A stretch of DNA of 54,792 nt, counting the filler, from Squatina squatina (taxonomy: Eukaryota): NCBI GenBank assembly GCA_031763465.1. It is 3 parts of 3 records of this genome, joined end to end, with 100 filler letters (N's around TTAATTAATTAA, not from the genome) between each part and the next. Parts side by side here need not be neighbours in the genome. Positions count along the whole stretch, not along the records: positions 41,818 to 54,792 come from JARFOE010000004.1; 2 more parts are not named here. One strand, written 5' to 3'. Positions 49,545 through 54,792 of the stretch are shown in pieces; positions within the stretch are counted from its first letter, which is position 1, and each line of letters starts with the position of its first letter. The notes under the pieces are model-generated. The model saw nothing but the letters and a program-made list of their open reading frames with translations, made no database searches and was not told the DNA's origin. A program made the translations under genes and the position numbers.

Positions 49545-49920
49545 CAAAGAAGACTGAGGGGTGACCGAATAGAGGTCTTTATAATTATGAAAGGTTTTGA
49601 TAGAGTGGATGCAGAGAGAATGTTTCCACTTGAAGAGCATAACTAGAGCCATCAATATAAGATAGTCACCAAGAAGTCCAATAGGGAATGCAGGAGAAAC
49701 ATCTTTACCCAAAGAGTGATGAGAATGTGGAACTTGCTACCACAGGGAGTGGTTGAAGCGAATAGATTGATGCATGTAAGGGATAAGGCAATAGAGGATT
49801 ATGCTGATTGATTTATATGAGGAAAGATGGAGGAAGCTCGAGTGGAGCATAAACGCTGACTTGGACTTGTTGGGCTGAATGGCCTGTTTCTGCGTTGTAT
49901 ACACTATGTAATCCTATGAG
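49545..49920 (+). mobile_element. CR1 LINE 3' end with tail
   Basis: ctgaggggtgaccgaatagaggtctttataattatgaaaggttttgatagagtgg...tttacccaaagagtgatgagaatgtggaac...gggctgaatggcctgtttctgcgttgta...ctatgtaatcctatg. Confidence 0.88.
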
Positions 49921-50861
49921 ATTGAGGCCAGTGTTCGAAGCAAATCTGCCAAGAAATTAGTTTTTCATATTGGATTTGTTATGGAATTAGATGTCTGCGC
50001 TTTTGGTGGCCTGATCATTTTGTCCACTGAATGTTTTTGGCTAATAATGAAGCATGTGTGACATTCCAGTTGGGTTGATAACAACCACCAAGCTGCTTGG
50101 ATGGGCGATAATACTTCACTGCACTAATACAATTATGTTCATGTATGCTCTGATAAATCTGAATCTTTCATCTGACAGTTGGAATGCCAAAATGTGGTAG
50201 CAGCTTACTACTTGAGGCAATTCCTCAGGCACAATTATGCTGCCAAACCTTGTGCTTGGTATTCCTAGTGAAGAGCTAGCTTGAATGCAAATTAAGTGGT
50301 GGCCAAAGGTGACAATTGATGAATTTTTAAGTGCTTTCAAGTAATTGTGCATGTTCAAGTTTCAATAAAGTTTGAGGTGTTTACAAAATACATGGATTTT
50401 GTTAGATTTTAACAAAACTTATAAAGTTCTCAGCTGAAATAGTAGAAATCTGATATCACTACAAGGTTATCATGCGTGTGAATTGTCTTCGTATAATATA
50501 GCATTTTGAATTATTTCTACACTCTTCTATCCGTAACCTTTGAGGTAGAAAACAGCAATTCTGTGAGCTTTGTTCTCACATAGGCTGAATCTTGACTCCC
50601 AAAGAATTTCTCTTACTCCCTCAAGACACCTACCTGCTCTTGTAGGCTTTGGCCTTGTGAAACCGGTTTCCTGCCCGAAAGGCCTCCAGCCTGCCAATCA
50701 GGCTGCCTGTGAGTGGGAACCCCACTTGAAAGAGCACGGCAGTTGAATTCTGCAGGGCATTCGGGTACCTGTACTTCCGGGCTTCCCGACCTCACAGCAG
50801 CACCCCCGCACAGAACTTGCCTCCAGGCTAAAATCCAGGCCTCAGTGCCGAGGTTCACACA

Positions 50862-51326
50862 TGATAAGAATATAAGAATTAGGAGTAGGAGTAGGACATA
50901 TGGCCACTCGCGCCTGCTCCCCCATTCAATCAGATCATGGCTGATCTTTGACCTCNNNNNNNNNNCCAGGCCACAGAATCTTGGAATGATACAACACAGG
51001 TGCAGTCCATTTGGCCCATTATGATTGTGCTGGCTCTTTGAAAAGTAGTATCCAATTAATCCCATACCCCTATCCTTTCCCCATAGCACTGCAAATTTTT
51101 CCCGTTCAAGTATTTATCCAGTTCCCGTTTGAAAGTTATTATTGAGTCTGCTTCCATCATCCTGTCAGGCAATGCATTTCAGATCATAACTCACTGTGTT
51201 TTTAAAAAAAAAAAAATTCTGCTCATCTCCCCTCTGGTTCTTTTGCCAATTATCTTAAATCTGTCCTCTGGTTACAGACCCTTCTGCCACTGGGAACAGT
51301 TTCTCCTTATTTACTTCATCAAAAAC
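50862..51326 (-). mobile_element. CR1 LINE 3' ends (two adjacent tails)
   Basis: ataagaatataagaattaggagtaggagtagg...ccattcaatcagatcatggctgatc and the following segment encoding FDEVNKEKLFPVAEGSVTRG on the minus strand are CR1 3' sequences. Confidence 0.8.
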
Positions 51327-54300
51327 NNNNNNNNNNNNNNNNNNNNNNNNNNNNNNNNNNNNNNNNNNNNNNNNNNNNNNNNNNNNNNNNNNNNNNNNNN
51401 NNNNNNNNNNNNNNNNNNNNNNNNNNGCATGCCCAATTTCACTTTTGCACCCTGTTAGCGCCCCTTGCTTAAAATTCAGAAGCTGAGAGCACTGTGAAAC
51501 CATTTTCAACAACCATTACTTGCACTGAGCTATACTTTCAGAACCAGGTAACATTCATGCTACTCACCAAGAAACAAACAATTAGATTTGAGTCACCACT
51601 TAAATTAAATTGGTTTATGCCTGCAATCTGATAATCAGTTGCCAACCTGTAGCTCTTTCCAGGTTAGCATTTAAGAAAAATGTTTTGGTCTAAAAAAATA
51701 TCGCAAATGCACATCTTTGATGAGTTGCATGTTGTGGTTGTCTGATTTGAACGATTAAAAAAGAATTTCTATACTATTGTATGCACTAGTGTGATTTTTT
51801 TATAGATTGCAACTGCTACCTCCCATAATATCTGTACTTTTAATTTAACGTACCCTACAATTGGAATCAAAAGGGATGCTGTCCCTTTTATAACTTCTCA
51901 GGTACTGGAGGGTCACTTAGCACAAGTTGTAAAGAAACAGGTTGTGCCTGAAGACTTAATTATCTCTATTCTCTAAGATGCATCTGTTAGCAATATGGGA
52001 TTATACATGTCAAAATGACAGATAGGAGTTGAATTTGTGCAAATGTGTCTAACCAGGATCATTTACATATCAGACATTTGAAAATCTCGGACGTGCTGAC
52101 ATTAGGAATAATAAGGTTGCAATTAATTATTGCTGGGATGAATCATAATTTTCTTTCACCTTAAGTACACCTCAGAAAAAATGGAACTGTTAGTTTCACT
52201 TGTACTTTAACGAAAAAGCACTGGGCAAAAAAAACTTTTCCTTTACATTTGCAGCTAATTACTGGTTTCCAATTAATAGGCTTCAGCATTTAACCTTTGG
52301 AGGCTGAGATCTTTCCAAGTTAATTTGCATATATTAATATGCAGATGGTAATTATACCTCCAGAGAAGGTATGTTCTGTATGGTGACTAAAGGCCATGCC
52401 TTTAATTTCTTTTTAATTTGAGGCTGCAGGTTCAGGTCTATCACTGTGACTTGCAGCTCTTGATGATTATTATTTAAAGAGGCAAATTCTTTTTTTGGTC
52501 AGTCAATCAAGATTGCTGCTTTAAAGTGACAGTATATTTTGTTGGTGTTCATAGGTCGCCATTTTCACAGGTGCATTGTAAATGTCCCATGCTGTACCAA
52601 ATTGGCTACCACATAATTTAGTGGCTTTACCAAAGAAAAGTGTAATGTGTTGAATGGATAGATAGGACATTTGGAAATTATCCAGTAAAGTTGGTAAATT
52701 ATGGGATATAATTCNNNNNNNNNNNNNNNNNNNNNNNNNNNNNNNNNNNNNNNNNNNNNNNNNNNNNNNNNNNNNNNNNNNNNNNNNNNNNNNNNNNNNN
52801 NNNNNNNNNNNNNNCTAAGGCATTTTCTTTGATGGTTTCCTTGACTTGACAGCTCATGTGGCTTCCTCCATGATGCAGTCAAATTCCTGCCCCATGGTTT
52901 ATCTGAACATGTACTTTCCTAATGGTTCCTTTCTCAGTGATTTTCATGAAATGATGGATGCCAAAGTTCACTTTTGATTTCACTGTTTATTACTTCAGCC
53001 AAGATATAACTGTCAATTGGAAATCCACCAGCAAACTGACAATGTTTCTGTCAAAATCTTACGCAGAAAGCCAGATTTCACAAATTTGTGCTGTTTTTGA
53101 TAAAACAAAACTGCAAATTTCTGTGAGGTTCTGCCACAAAAGGCCAGAGCTAAGCTTTTCATGTAGAAACTTGCTTCTGGCTCAGTCATGTAGACTTCAC
53201 TCTCTCAGCTCAGCAAAAATAATCAGCTCTATGTATGAAATCCATTTACTGAAGAGTAAAAAATCTTGACACTTTATATTTGAAAATGGGCATCTTATGT
53301 TCAATTAACAGTAAACGTAATTGTAAAGTCTTTTCTTTGGGTTCATTGTTTCCAAACATCATGAACCATGAAACTGTATTCTGTCAGGATGATATGTGGT
53401 ATCTTGAACACTTCCATTGCAGCATACAATAGCGGCTTTTCTCCAGATAAGTGTCTCTTCATATCGAAAGGCAATTTTTAGGTACAAAAAAAATTAGTGA
53501 GATGCCTTTCCTATTTATTTTTATGGCAGAGAACAGATTGGAACAGTATTTCTTGTTGTTACATTAAAGTTAAAAGGCAGTACATTGTCTGAGGGGACCA
53601 GCAACCATGAAGCTATTCTGAGTTACAGTCAGTGTCCCAGTTTATGGCTTAATGTTCAACTAAATCCCATCTTTGTGGCAGTATTGCTCTCATCTCAAAG
53701 GCCAAGTCATCAGCAATAATGTGTGATGTGAATTAAAGCAGACAGTAAAAGTCGAAAGAAATATTTGTAAAAGTAGATGAATTTCCAAATTTATTTGTGT
53801 CTATATATTTCAGAGGTGCCAACTGCTTGGCACTTAAGCTTCACAAGTCTTGCTTTTTTGCTGGTGTCTGACACATAACAATTCTGACACATAAAAATTC
53901 TGGATCCAATTTGTTGTCTTAGTTTCATAGCTTCAATTAGTAGTCAGCTTACAGATATATGTTTGAAAGGCAGCTGTGCAATATTAGTANNNNNNNNNNT
54001 GTATGAAATCCCCTTATCTGCTATTTCAATGAATTTAATTATTTTAAATGGGTTAATGCCTTTATTACAAATAGCAGACAAAGGAATTCCAGAAGTGTTA
54101 CTCATACTGCCCAGTGATTTTAACCCCATAGTTTTATAAATTTGATTTCATAGGGCAAATTTTCCTTTGCTTTGTGTTCATAGAACGCTCAGTTCCCAGA
54201 CAGAAAACAGAAGTTAAGGCACAGAGATTTGAGTCTCCACCCCATTTTAATTGCCCTGGGGTCCCTGGGGTCCCTGGGGTTTCCTGGGTATCCTGCAAGG

Positions 54301-54792
54301 GGTGCAGCACAGCAATGCTCACATAAGGCGCAAGCAGGGGTATCCCATGCAAATGAGATGGAAGGCCTGGTAGCTGCAGGTGTCTTTGCAGCAGATAGCA
54401 CAGCACAGCAACTGCTTCTCTGCTGACCCTAAGCTTAAGGAGATAAGTTTCCAGTCATTCCAGGGTAGGTTTGGCAAGTGCTGTAGAAAAAAGGTTAGTA
54501 AAATCTTGGCAGGTGCAGCCTAACAGGCATTTAGTACCATCAACAACAAGGTATGACGTCATTCGATGCTGATTTTCCTGTGGCAGTGTTTATGTTGCCG
54601 CTGTTGGTTTTGGTCCAGGTTAATGTAAATGATAGAGCGGATTAGGCGGTGGTCAATCCAGCAGTCATTGGCTCCAGTCATCAGCATTGAAGGACTCAAA
54701 GATCCCGCAAAGAAAGTCCTACTCACCCAACGCCTCTCAACCAATCTGGCTACGGTCAACGAATCAGAACCACAAAGTGTCCACAGTGCATG

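Noticed and set aside
52578-52592. tgtaaatgtcccatg, matching the 45.4-kb inverted-repeat motif
   Set aside because: Only ~15 bp match with no extension, so it is chance or a tiny remnant.
53868-53903. 16-bp tandem duplication (tctgacacataa.aat)
   Set aside because: Ordinary slippage duplication with two copies and no spacer structure.
54254-54295. ccctggggt x3-4, giving a TPGTPGTPG collagen-like reading
   Set aside because: Short minisatellite with no extended Gly-X-Y frame or splice context.

Overview
Vertebrate genomic DNA, most likely a shark or other cartilaginous fish, judging by the SacSINE1-like DeuSINEs and shark-type CR1/L2/Tx1 LINE fragments. The assembly is highly fragmented: short contigs are joined by placeholder 100-N gaps, two of which contain an artificial TTAATTAATTAA linker. 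All recognisable genes are on the minus strand: four exons of CCDC93 (1078-3597), the complete RAB9A coding exon (15076-15681), most of the TCEANC coding exon, one EGFL6 exon, TLR8-like sequence (36902-40289) and the last two PRPS2 exons. The order PRPS2-TLR8-EGFL6-TCEANC-RAB9A matches the conserved block on human Xp22. The main result is that the apparent single TLR8 is two different paralogues split by a gap: the same 38-aa LRR-CT segment occurs on both sides at only 27/38 identity. The downstream copy has lost the TIR BB-loop proline (RDWGLG). The upstream copy keeps the nucleoside-site residues but has an altered oligonucleotide site, no canonical furin motif in the Z-loop, and extra cysteines. 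The rest is AT-rich intronic/intergenic DNA with SINEs, LINE fragments, several hairpin MITEs and one nested long inverted-repeat structure at 45.4-46.7 kb.
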